Source: Basidiobolus meristosporus CBS 931.73 (lineage: Eukaryota > Fungi > Basidiobolomycota). From it: DNA of 64,000 nt. Positions 1 to 11,989 of the stretch are shown here, piece by piece. The notes under the pieces were generated by a model. It was not told the origin of the DNA, ran no database searches, and was given only the letters and a program-made list of their open reading frames with translations. The DNA lies in NCBI GenBank assembly GCA_002104905.1, contig MCFE01000155.1:62001-126000 (forward strand), given 5' to 3'. Positions within the stretch are counted from its first letter, which is position 1; each line of letters begins with the position of its first letter. The translations under genes were made by a program, and so were the position numbers.

Positions 1-1568
1 GCCAATGTCCCAATTTTCTTTGTTAAAAAAAAAGGATGGGATCCTAGAATGCATGTACACTATCAACCACTGAATCAGTTTCCAATCAAGAGCCACTACC
101 CTTTGCCCCAGATGAACATCCTGTTGGATCAGCTCTATGCTGCTTAAATATTTACCAAAGTTAACCTCCAAGGTGCCTAAACCTTGTCAAAATGAAGCCT
201 GGCATTCAATGGAAACTGCCTTCAGAGCCAGATATGGTCACTTTGAGTATAAGGCTATGTTGTTTGGTCTCACCTATGCCCCAGCTGTCTACCAACATCT
301 GATAAATGTCATATTCTGTGAATACCTTGACCATTTTGTGGCCATCTAACTTAATGATATCATGATCTACTCTAAGACTCAAGAAGAATATAACATCCAT
401 TAGAGGAAAGTCTTGGTCAAGCTTGAAACTGCTGGACTCTGTGCTAAACTGATGAAATGTGAGTCTCATCAGAAAGAGGTTGAGTTTCTAGGCTATCTTA
501 TAAGCTCAAATAGCACAAGAATGAACTCAGGAAAGTAGAAGCTATCTAGTCTTGGAAAACTCCCTGTTCAGTAAAGGAAATGCAGTCATTCCGTGGATTT
601 GCTAATGTCTATCATAGATTTATTGCTAACCACTCCAGGTTAGTCACTCCCTAGACAAGGCTCACCTACAAGAATCTGCCCTTTGCATGGAACAATGGTC
701 AGTGCAAGTTCTTTGATTCTCTCAAGAAATTCTTCTTGTGTGCCCTCTTGCTTGCCCACCCTAACCTTGAGAAACCTTCATCATAGAAATTGATGCCTCT
801 CACTTTGATCTTGGTCTTATTCTTTACCAATGTAATGACAAGAATATGCTGCACCCTATTGTGCTCTGCTCCTGGAAATTTACTCCAGATGAAGTAAATT
901 ATGATATCTATGACACTCTATCACCTTAAGAGTACCAAAATGGAAACAAGCCAGATGGTCCCTCTTCCTGTCCAGCTTTGACTTTGGCATTACCAAAGGA
1001 TCAGGTGTAAGACAAGGTAAACCCAATGCCCTGTCCAGAAAGGTGGAGTGTGTGCTGACATCTGGAGGCCCAAGATGATATTGCTTGTTGAAGAGTACCT
1101 CCAATCCTCTGATACATGTAACTGTGCAAAATCTGCTAAACATCAGTCATATGGACTTCTGCAATCCTCACCAGTTCCTGACTAGCAATAGTAGTCAGTT
1201 CTAATGGACTTCATTACCAACCTCTCAGAACTCAACCAATTCAACTCAGTTCTAGTAGTAGTGTAAAGACAAACAAAGATGGCTCACTTCATTGCCTGCT
1301 CAAGAACTGTAGATACCAAGGAGACTGCTCACTTGGTAATCAAGAGCATTTTCCAGTATTGTGGTATCCAGCAACAGTGTATCTGACTGAAGACCACAGT
1401 TGATATCAAAGTTCTGGAAGCACTTCAAGCAATATCTTGGTGTGCAAGTCAGGTTCCCAACTGCTCTCCATCCTCAATCAGATGGCCACACTGAGTAAAT
1501 TAACCAGCTTCTGAAAAATGCCTCTGGTGCTACATCAACCATCAGCAAGACAACCAGGCCCAGCTCCT
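1..1568 (+). mobile_element. Degenerate Ty3/Gypsy (chromovirus) pol: RT, RNase H and 5' integrase; left part of an element interrupted by Copia A; runs off the window start
   Basis: Frameshifted RT motifs (PIFFVKKKDG-like; [12 protein letters not shown]; VAI*LNDIMIYS = decayed YLDD), RNase H (ETDAS-like) and integrase (SVLMDFIT-like). The integrase sequence resumes at 10929 after the Copia insertion. Confidence 0.9.
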
Positions 1569-1935
1569 TGTTGAAATATTGTACTATTTGGTATCATTCA
1601 GCAGATAATTATTCACTTAACAATTTTGGACTAGTCTTGGTCACTGTAGGACCAACTTACAGCTCTTACTTTGCCACTTTCTTCAGATCTATGATCTAAT
1701 GATTATTCCCTTATAGTCAGGATCAAATTAGCACTATTACCAAACATTATGCACTAACCCTGAAATTGTTAAAGAATTCTCCTGAATATTGAGAAACCCT
1801 CCTTACTTAGTGTTACAACTGTATCACTTCTACAAAGGTATAGATACTGAGCTTCTTTACTAATAAGCTACAGTTCAACTATTATCACTGTTTCTTGATA
1901 AGTTCCTTATATCCAAACCACTTCTTAAATTACAA
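1569..1935 (+). repeat. Copia A 5' LTR
   Basis: Direct repeat of 10555-10923; about 22 substitutions in ~367 bp by eye (~94% identity). Confidence 0.95.
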
Positions 1936-4555
1936 GTTATGAGCCCCAATTGCCTTAATCTATTCTAATGATGACTTCTACCAGCAAACAGAACAACACA
2001 AACATCTTCCTTGTAAAGGAGAGGTTTGATGGGAAGAACTACAGACTTTGGAGAATCAAGATGCAAATCCACCTTGAGGAAAGGAAGCTTTGGAATTTAG
2101 TAACAAGAAAAGAAGTTGAGCCCAAGTGAACAGCAGAAGAAGTGGAGAAGTTTCAAGAGAAGGGGAGAAAGGCCCTTAATGCCATATGTATCAATGTGCA
2201 AGATTCCTTCATTGGACAAATCCATGCCTCAAATACTGCCAAAGCAGCAAGGGAATCCTTAGAGAAGATCTTTAGAGCAAAGTCAGTATCAAGCAAGCTT
2301 CATTTAAAACAAAAGTTCTTTAACATGAGGAATAAACCAGATGATGACATGCTACAACACATAACCAGAATGGAGATACTTGCAGAAGGACTTTACAGTA
2401 TCAAAGCTGGTGTAGATGATGAAGAAAAGATATTATGTCTGCTTTGCAGGCTAGCAGACAAGTATGAGCCACTCATACTTTCTTTCAAAAGTAGATAAGA
2501 CAATATGACTTTAGACTATGTCAAAGGAAGACTTCTCCATGAAGAACTCAGAGGTAATGCTCAAGCAGAGAAAATTGAAGATAATGCTTTATTCAGTTCA
2601 GAAAGGCACCCAGAAAAGAAGGGAAAGCAACAAAGCCAAAGAAAACCTGCTCAATATTGAAAGAAAATGGGCAAAAATTAGCTATGGTAACGAAAGATCA
2701 CAATACACAAGTTACAATGCAAGAACATTGTACCTGAGTATGTCAGCATTGCTGAAACTGATGAAACCAACTGGGAGACATGGCATAGGAGGCTAGGACA
2801 CATTGGGGAACAGAAACTAAAATATCAATTCCAATCAAATTGAATGTTTGTAAGGGATGCTCATATGGCAAACAAGCTAGGCAATGTTTCAGGTGCTCTG
2901 AAGGCATCAATAGCACCAAAATATTGGCTATTGTACAGTCAGACATAAGTGGCCTCATGAGAACACTGTCCTTTGGAGTCAAGAGATACTTCATGACATT
3001 TATGACAAGATATACATGGGTGTTCTTCCTCAAAACAAAGGATAAAGCTTTAGAGATGTTTAAGCACTTCAACAACATGGCAGAAACACAGACTGGGTGT
3101 AAATTGAAGGTACTACAAGGTCACAGTGGCAGAGAACTCTGTTCAAAGAAGCTTGCAACATACTGCTCATCTACTGGTATACTTCAGCAGACCATAGTCC
3201 CTCATACTCCACAGCAAAATGGAGCAGCAGAATGTGCAAATAGAACAATAGTAGAGATGGGAAGATCTATGCTGCACAATAAGGGAATGGACTACAAGTA
3301 TGGCGCTGAATCTGTTGCTACTGTGGTATATGTTAAGAACAGATGCCCAACAACAGTACTACATGATTCTACACCCTTTGAAGCATATACATGCAAAAAA
3401 CCAGATCCCCAGCACCTGAAGATCTTTGGCAGTGATGTTTTTATCACATACCTGACAAAAAATACTGAAAGTTGGAACCAAAATAGGAAAGGGATCTTTC
3501 TTGGGTATTGTGAAGATACTAAAGGGTATAGAGTGTTTGATGGCAAAATACAGAAGCTGATCAAGAGCAGGGATGTTATATATGAGGAGAAGTCAGATCA
3601 TAAAGCCACCAAAATCATTGGCCAGCTGCCTGATGATGCAATCAACACTAATGTAGAGGATATGAACCAAATTCAGCCAGATATGGAAGAAACTTCTATC
3701 AGTTCCAGATCAGAGCAAATTATCCCAGTTAGGAGATCTACCAGAATAAAAAAAGCCCCTGGATCCTGGTGGCAGACATCAAATGATCATAAAGAAGCTT
3801 ATCTTGCCTTATGTGCCAAACCTCAGAATCTGGAACAGGCAATGCAAAGTCCAGATGCTACTATTTGGCAACAAGCCATGCAGGAGGAGTACCAATGACT
3901 GATCATAGCAAAAATGTGGGAACTGGTAGATTTACCAAATGGGAGAAAGCCAATATGATGGAAATGGGTCTAGAAAATCAAGATCACCTCAAATGGTACC
4001 ATTGATAAATCCAAGGCCAGATTGGTGGCCAAGTCTATTCCCAGATCCATGGAATAGACTTTGAGTAAACATTTGCTCCGGTTGCAAAGTTTAACTCCAT
4101 TAGGTCAGTTCTAGCACTGGCAGCTGTGCACAGTCTGGATCTACCCCATATGGATGTCAAAACAGCCTTTCTAGATGGGGATTTGCAAAAAACTATATAT
4201 ATGGAGCAATCAGAAGGTTTTACCAATCCAACAGACCCCAATAAGATGTGCATGCTTAGAAAATTGTTGTATGTGCTTAAGCAGGTACCTAGAGCATGGT
4301 ATAACAAGATTAACACATATCTTGAGGAAATTGGGTTTGCTTGTAGCACTGCAGATCACAGTGTATATGTGAAACAGCTCAAAAAGGGTGTAATCATCCT
4401 AGTTCTTCATGTGGATGACCTAATTATAGCTACAAGTGACCAAGAGGCACTTAAACAGACAAAATCAAATCTCTTCAGCAAGTTTGAGATGAAAGATCCT
4501 AGAAAATTGAGCTATTTTCTTGGAATTGAAGTCAAACTTGACATACCTATGCAGA

Positions 4556-4919
4556 TGTTACAAGTCTTGGTATTAGAGTTATGAGGAATAGGAAGTTTGG
4601 CTAGTATTGTATTCACTAAAACTTGAGCTGATCTTTATTGAAATTCCAGCAGCTCCTTATATACATTTTGCCAGATCAATTGCTGACTATTGTATTTCCT
4701 AATGTAGGCTGTGACTCATGACTCATTTGATTGCATCATCATCCAATAAGATCCTACCTGATATATCTATTTCTGTCTGATAAGGATCTGCTGATACATT
4801 TGCTGACTAATGCTACTGATTTGATAGATAATACTGATATACTGAAACCCTAAATATATAACTAATTGATTTGACTAAAAACTGATCTAACTTAAACATT
4901 CAAGTGGCAGATCATAACA
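4556..4919 (-). repeat. Gypsy LTR (3'-type), left arm
   Basis: Reads TGTTATGAT...CTTGTAACA on the - strand; PPT complement TTCTCCCCTGCT at 4920-4931. Confidence 0.93.
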
Positions 4920-7900
4920 TTCTCCCCTGCTAAAGTTGCAAGGGTTCTCCTGAATATCTTTTCTTGTGATACCAATATCTTGATGGTTCAGTATTATCAG
5001 CAAGCCTTGGAAGCTTGAGTCTGTCCCTATGCACTAAGTCTTCCCAGATATTGCCTTGTTTGTCCACTAGTTGGTAAGTTGCAAATGGACATTCTCTGAT
5101 GATCTTGAATGGTCCTGTCCATTGTGGCTCAAACTTCTTCCAAGTGTTGTTTCTTAGCAATACAAAGTTCCCAACTGTCAATGCTTCTGGTGCTATAGTA
5201 TTATCAAATCTCTGCTTCATCTTTTCTGCACTTTGAAATACTTTGGTCTGTGCCTCTTGACATCTTTGTTCCAGTTGCTGGTGTCTACTTGGCTGACTGA
5301 GTTCATCTTCTGAGGTGTCTGTAAGCTTTGGTTGTGTGAGATCTCCTGGAATCCTTGGTTCACATCCATACACCAATTAAAATGGCAATTGCTGGGTGGT
5401 GTTGTGTACTCTGACTCTGCATGCAAAGAGTGCTTGGTCTATATACTCATCCCATCTACTGACAGCTCCATTTGCATACCTGGTCAGCATTTTTCCAAAT
5501 AATCCATAAATTGCTCAGTGACTCCATTAGTTCTGGAGTGATATGCCAAGGTTTCCAAGTGTCTGATCTGCTGCATTTCCAGGTAAGCTTCCAATGTCTT
5601 TGCCATAAAGTTTGCACCTCTATTGGACAGAATCTCTACAGGGCATCCAAACTTCCCAAGGATCTCATGTTAGTTGAAACTTGCAACTTCTTGCTCACTG
5701 GCTATAGGTACAGCTTTAGCCACTGGCCATTTAGTGGCATGGTCAATTGCTACTAGGATCCAATGGTTGCATTGCCTGGTAGTTGGCAGTCTTCCAATAA
5801 AGTCAATTCCCCATCTCTCAAATGGTCTTACAGGCTCCAAGGGAAAGAGTTCAACAATTCTCTGTGGTTGGCCTTGGTTGATTTGGCAATTTGGGCATGT
5901 TTTCACTAGCTTCACAATGTCATGTTTCATTCTGGGCCACCATGCTTTGGCTTTCACAAGGCAATAGGTTCCTTCAATTCCAACATGTTCATATCCATTG
6001 TGTAGCCTATGTATTAAATCCAGGCAAGAAACCTAAGGGCAATAGGCAATAGGGCTTCCATCAGCAATTTGGTAGAGTGTTTCATCCTGTGCTACAAATT
6101 TGCTGGCTTCATCCTGGATTATCTTCTTGATATCTTCAACCACCTGATCAGGAGTGGCTTGGTCCTCCAAGTACTTTAGTAATAGGCTAGGCCAATCTGA
6201 TTCATGCACCAAGTTGAGTTGTGCAACTTGATCTAATTTTTATAAGGCATCAGCAACCGTGTTGTTTTTTCCAGGGCTGTAGACAATATCCAAGTCAAAT
6301 TGCTGAATGTATTCACTCCATCTTGTCATCCTACTAGAGAGTACCTTCTGAGTAAATAGATACTTGAGGGAGGCATGATCAGTCTTTACAGTGCATTTGA
6401 CTCCATCAATATAGCTTCTCCATGTCTTCAAACAGTGTATTATAGCAAGCATCTCCTTCTCATCAACTGGATAGTTTTGTTCTGCTGAGTTCAGCTTCTT
6501 GGATTCAAAGGCAACAGGGTAGTCCTTTCCCTAGTGTTCTAGGCTCAACAGTCCACCAATTGCATAATCTGAAGCATCTGTGCACAGAGTAAACTCTTAT
6601 CTGAAGTCAGGTATTCTTAAGCTTGGCAGCTTAACAAGTTCATTCTTGAGTATCTGGAAGGCAGTCTCACAAGCTATGTCCCACTTGTAGGTATTGTCAT
6701 TCTTGAGGATATCAGTTAAAGGGGCTGCAATACTTGCAAAGGACTTGACAAATCTCCAATAATAGGAAACCATTCCAAGGAACAATCTGAGCTCTGATAT
6801 GTTATGGGACTGCTTCAGATTCTTGATAACTTCAACCTTCTTATGGTCTAAGGTTACTCCTGTGCTAGTCACTATATGTCCCAGATATTCAATGTGATCC
6901 TTGAAGAATTAACACTTGGGTAGCTTGCCATAAAGCTTGTTCTCTTGTAGCTTCTTCAAGACCTTTTCAATGTGCACCAAGTGATCCTCTTCTGTCTTGC
7001 TGTATATCAGTATATCATCTAGGTAGATTATGACAAACTTGTCTAAGTACTCCTGGAAGACAGTTTGCATCAGGGTCATGAATGTTACAGGGGCATTGGT
7101 GAGTCCAAAACTCATGACTAAGTACTTGTAATATCCATATCTGGTCCTGAATGCTGTCTTAGGGATGTCTCCTGGCTTCACCCTAATCTGGATGTATCCT
7201 GACATGAGGTCAATCTTGCTGAAAATAGTGGCTCCATTGAGTTGGTCCAAGAGCTCATCAATCCACAGTATGGGGTACTTATTCTGCACTGTAACTGAGT
7301 TGAGGGCTCTGTAGTCAATGCACATCCTAAGTGTTCCATCCTTCTTCTTCACAAAAAGTACTGGTGCTCCCCAAGGTGACTTGCTGGGCCAGATATATCC
7401 TTGCTCCAGTAACTGATCTCCAAGTGTTAATTCTTCAAGGATCACATTGAATATCTGGGGCACATAGTGACTAGCACAGGAGTAACCATAGACCATAAGA
7501 AGGTGGAAGTAATCAAGAATCTGAAGCAGTCCCATAACATATTGGAGCTCAGATCATTCCTTGAAATGGTTTCCTATTATTGGAGATGTGTTAAGTCTTT
7601 TGCAAGTATTGCAGCACCTTTAGCTGATATACTCAAGAAAGACAATACCTACAAGTGGGACATAGCTTGTGAGACTGCATTCCAGATACTCAAGAATGAA
7701 CTTGTTAAGCTGCCAAGCTTAAGAATACCAGACTTCAGAAAAGAGTCCACCCTGTGCACAGATGCTTCAGATTATTCAATTGGTGGAGTGTTGAGCCAAG
7801 AACACAAGGGAAAGGACTACCCTGTTGCCTTTGAATCCAAGAAACTGAACTCAGCAGAACAAAACTATCCAGTTGATGAGAAGGAGATGCTTGCTATAAT

Positions 7901-9419
7901 ACACTGTTTGAAGACATGGAGATGCTATATTGAAGGAGTCAAATGCACTGTAAAAACTGATCATGCCTCCCTCAAGTATCTATTTACTCAGAAGGTACTC
8001 TCTAGTAGGATGACAAGATGGAGTGAATACATTCAGCAATTTGACTTGGATATTGTCTACAGCCCTGGAAAAAACAACATGGTTGCTGATGCCTTATCAA
8101 AATTAGATCAAGTTGCACAACTCAACTTGGTGCATGAATCAGATTGGCCTAGCATATTACCAAAGTACTTAAAGGACCAAGCCATTCCTAATAAGGTGGA
8201 TGAAGATATCAATAAGATAATCCTGGATGAAGCCAGCAGATTTGTAGTACAGGATGAAGCACTCTACTGAATAGTTGATGTAAGCCCTATTGCCTATTGC
8301 CCTTATGTTTCTTGCCTGGATTTAATACATAAGCTACACAATGGATATGGACATCTTGGAATTGAAGAAACCTATAGTCTTCTGAAAGCCAGAGCATGGT
8401 GGCCCAGAATGAAACAAGACATTAAGAAGCTAGAGAAAACATGCCCAAATTGCCAAATCAACCAAGGCCAATCACAGATAATTGCCAAACTCTTTCCCTT
8501 GGAGCCTGTAAGACCATTTGAAAGATGGGGAATTGACTTTATTGGAAGACTGCCAACTACCAGGAAATGCAACCATTGGATCCTGGTAGCAATTGACCAT
8601 GCTACAAAATGGCCAGTGGCTAAAGCTGTATCCATAGCCAGTGAACAAGAAGTTGCAAGTTTCATCTACCATGAGATCCTTATGAAATTTGGATGCCCTG
8701 TAGAGATTCTATCCAATAGAGGTGCAAACCTTATGGCAAAGACATTGGAAGCTTACCTGGAAATGCAGCAGATCAGACACTTGGAAACCTTGGCATATCA
8801 CTCCAGAACTAATGGAGTCACTGAGCAATTTATGGATTATTTGGAAAAATGCTGACCAGGTATGCAAATGGAGCTGTCAGTAGATAGGATGAGTATATAG
8901 ACCAAGCACTCTTTGCATGCAGAGTCAGAGTACACAACACCACCCAGCAATTGCCATTTTAATTGGTGTATGGATGTGAACCAAGGATTCCAGGAGATCT
9001 CACACAACCAAAGCTTACAGACACCTCAGAAGATGAACTCAGTCAGCCAAGTAGACACCAGCAACTGGAACAAAGACGTCAAGAGGCACAGACCAAAGTA
9101 TTTCAAAGTGCAGAAAAGATGAAGCAGAGATTTGATAAAACTATAGCACCAGAAGCATTGACAGTTGGGAACTTTGTATTGCTAAGAAACAACGCTTGGA
9201 AGAAGTTTGAGCCACAATGGACAGGACCATTCAAGATCATCAGAGAATGTCCATTTGCAACTTACCAACTAGTGGACAAACAAGGCAATATCTGGGAAGA
9301 CTCAGTGCATAGGGACAGACTCAAGCTTGCAAGACTTGCTGATAATACTGAACCATCAAGGTATTGGTATCATAAGAAAAGAGATTCAGGAGAACTCTCT
9401 CAACTTTAGCAGGGGAGAA

Positions 9420-9787
9420 TGTTATGATCTGCCACTTGAATGTTTAAGTTAGATCAGTTTTTAGTCAAATCAATTAGTAGTATATTTAGGGTTTCAGTAT
9501 ATCAGTATTATCTATCAAATCAGTAGCATTAGTCAGCAAATGTATCAGCAGATCCTTATCAAATAGAAATAGATATATTAGGTAGGATCTTATTGGGTGA
9601 TGATGATGCAATCAAATGAGTCATCAGCCACAGCCTACATTAGGAAATACATTAGTCAGCAATTGATCTGGCAAAATGTATATAAGGAGCTGCTGGAATC
9701 TCAATAAAGATCAGTTCAAGTTTTAGTGAATAGAATACTAGCTAAACTCCCTATTCCTCTATAACTCTTATACCAAGACTTGTAACA
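9420..9787 (+). repeat. Gypsy LTR (3'-type), right arm
   Basis: TGTTATGAT...CTTGTAACA preceded by PPT AGCAGGGGAGAA (9408-9419); about 14 substitutions and 2 indels versus the left LTR by eye. Confidence 0.93.
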
Positions 9788-10554
9788 CAGCTACTCTCAT
9801 GGACAACAACCTGAAATTAAGCAAATCTCAGCCCGTTATATATAAAAATGGCTCAAATATGGACCAAAATTTTCCCTATCAATCAATGGTTGGTAGCCTA
9901 ATGTACTTGATGGAGTCTACATGTCCAGATATTGCAGTGGCAGTTGGAATGGTCAGTCAATTCATGCAGAATTATGGACCTGATCAAATTGAAGCAGTTA
10001 AGCAGATTTTCAGATATCTACAAGGTACCATAAATATGGTACTGGAATACTCTGGATCAGCTAATAGGCAAAAATTTGATGGTTATAGTCATTGAGATTG
10101 GGGTGGGGATCTGATTGACAGATGCTCTACCACAGGATATGTATATTTTTGTGCTGGTGCAGCTGTTACTTGGAATTGCAAGAAACAGCCAACTGTGGCC
10201 CTATCTACAACTGAAGCTGAATATATGGCTGCATGTCTAGCAACCATGGAGGCTATATGGCTACAAAAATTATTCAAGGACTTAGGTTAAAGTTTGGATG
10301 AACCAACATGCATTTACAAGGATAATCAAAGTTTTGTTTCATTAGCTAGAAATCCTACTAATCATCCCAGAACTAAGCACATTGATTTACAGCATCACTT
10401 TGTGAGGGAAGTTGTAGAAAATAACTTAGCAGAGTTAGTGTACTGCCCAACTAGCAAAATGGTGGCAGATATATTGACAAAACCACTAGCTAGGCCTCTA
10501 TTCAAGAGTTTCAGGGAGGAATTAGGATTAAGAAATTATTTAGCCAAGGGGGAG

Positions 10555-10923
10555 TGTTGAAATATTGTACTATTTGGTATCATTCAGCAGATAATTATTC
10601 ACTTAACAATTCTGGACTAGTCTTGGTCACTGTGGGGCTAATTTACAGCTCTAGCTTTGCCACTTTCTTCAGATCTATGATCTCATGATTATTCCCTTAG
10701 AGTCAGGATCAAATTAGCACTATTACCAAACATTATGTACTAACCCTGAAACTGTTACAGAATGCTCCTGAATATTGAGAAACCCTCCTTACTTAGTGTT
10801 ACAACTGTATTACTTCTACAAAGGTATAAATACTGAGCTTCTGTACTAATAAACTACAGTTCAGCTATTATCACTATTTCTTGATAAGTTCCTTATATCA
10901 AAATCACTTTTTAAATTACAACA
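10555..10923 (+). repeat. Copia A 3' LTR
   Basis: Starts TGTTGAAATATTG right after the PPT, ends ACAACA, followed by TSD CTCCT. Confidence 0.95.
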
Positions 10924-10928
10924 CTCCT

Positions 10929-11954
10929 ACCACTTGAATATTTGCCTACAACAAGTCATGATATTGTGCAACTGGTCTCACCCATATTCTTTGCAAACCA
11001 TGGCTTTATCTGCAGCTTAATATTCAGACACCAACAAGCCCTATGAGTCCCCCAGCTGCTGAGCATGCACTAACAAGTCTAGAAATCCAAGAAACACTCA
11101 AGAAAGAATCATGCTTAGCCCATGGGTGGTACAAGATGCTTGTAGACAACAAGCAATAGCCTAGCCCTGAGCTTGATGAAGAAGATATTAGTATGGCTCT
11201 TGAGAGGAAACATTGTAACCAGCTACCCTTGCAACATATTAGACTACAAGAAATTTGGTCCATTCAAGATTGAGAAGAAACTTGGTACAATTGTATGTAG
11301 GCTACAGTTGCTACCAAGTATCCCTGACACATCCCTGGATTCCACCCAAAACCACTCCATGAAAGTTCTCTATCCAGCTAACACCTAGCAAATTGCCAGC
11401 CATCCAAGTAGACAAACACCAAGAGCCTGAAGTTGAGCAAGTGCTGGACTCAAAGTACATTGGGTCCCAAATTCACTATTTAGTAGATGGAGTTGGTTAC
11501 CACCCAAATGCTCAAACTTTGGAACCAGCAGCAAACCTCACCAACTGCCAAGATCTAGTTATACTTCTCCACCAGATATTCCTAGACATGCCAAGACCCT
11601 AAGCATATGTACAGCCCATCAAAAGAGGAGAATAGTAGCAAGATAACATGACATCTTTGGTGTCTGATGATCATGCTAAATCAAGTTGGTGAAGTAATCC
11701 TAGTTGCTTCTAAAAAGTTCTAATATATACTAGGAACTTCTTGAAAGACCCAAGTGAATATTACACAATGCAACATTATGTGGAATCTTCCCATTAGATT
11801 TAGGTAGTTTCTTAGCTTATATAACAGTTGAATGTCAGATGACCTAGGAACATGATAAGCTGACCCCTGGCATATCCCCATTGATATTCTAGTCTGTTCT
11901 TCAGTTTACTTCTAACTTGGCAGAGCCATTGTGCCTCATCCCACAACCACAACA
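10929..11954 (+). mobile_element. Right part of the host Gypsy chromovirus: integrase end, chromodomain, PPT and probable 3' LTR (~11634-11954)
   Basis: Integrase C-terminus (FGPFKIEKK) and a decayed chromodomain at 11393-11602 (EPEVEQVLDSK...HYLVDGVGY...TLEPAANL). Purine tract AAAAGAGGAGAATA at 11621 is followed by an LTR-like segment ending ACAACA; LTR limits approximate. Confidence 0.8.
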
Positions 11955-11989
11955 ATATAAGCTAATATTGCTTGGCACCTATATTGCCA

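Larger units (their letters stand above)
4556..9787. mobile_element. Fold-back Ty3/Gypsy element: two inverted 3' halves, each ending in an LTR, inserted in Copia A RT
   Basis: 4556-6919 is the reverse complement of 7420-9787. The 500-bp spacer 6920-7419 holds the RT core on the - strand (YLDD at 7014-7025). Both arms encode the RT C-terminus, RNase H and integrase (WGIDFIG, GPF motif WTGPFKI), then PPT and LTR. No gag, protease or 5' LTR/PBS. Confidence 0.95.
1569..10923 (+). mobile_element. Ty1/Copia LTR retrotransposon A, both LTRs present, inactive, with internal deletions and a nested Gypsy
   Basis: TG...CA LTRs at both ends and a perfect 5-bp TSD CTCCT (1564-1568, 10924-10928). PBS GTTATGAGCCC at 1936-1946; PPT AAGGGGGAG before 10555. 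Order gag (UBN2-like, 2142-2498), GAG-pre-integrase WHRRLGH (~2780), integrase (2840-3898), RT (MDVKTAFL, LHVDD, 4126-4550, resuming at 9788), RNase H (10089-10560). Confidence 0.96.

Noticed and set aside
5472-9122. ORF-track peptides such as MKLATSCSLA..., MHTWSAFF... and MHAESEYTT... as independent genes
   Set aside because: They are antisense or alternative-frame shadows of the Gypsy integrase, and appear twice only because of the palindrome.
4556-9787. DIRS-type (tyrosine recombinase) element, because of the inverted LTRs
   Set aside because: The arms encode a DDE integrase with a GPF motif and have PPTs and TG...CA ends; no tyrosine recombinase motif seen.
4556-9787. Sequencing or assembly foldback artefact
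   Set aside because: The arms differ by a few percent, with CpG-type transitions and LTR indels, and the outer ends stop exactly at LTR termini. Read-level confirmation is still advisable.
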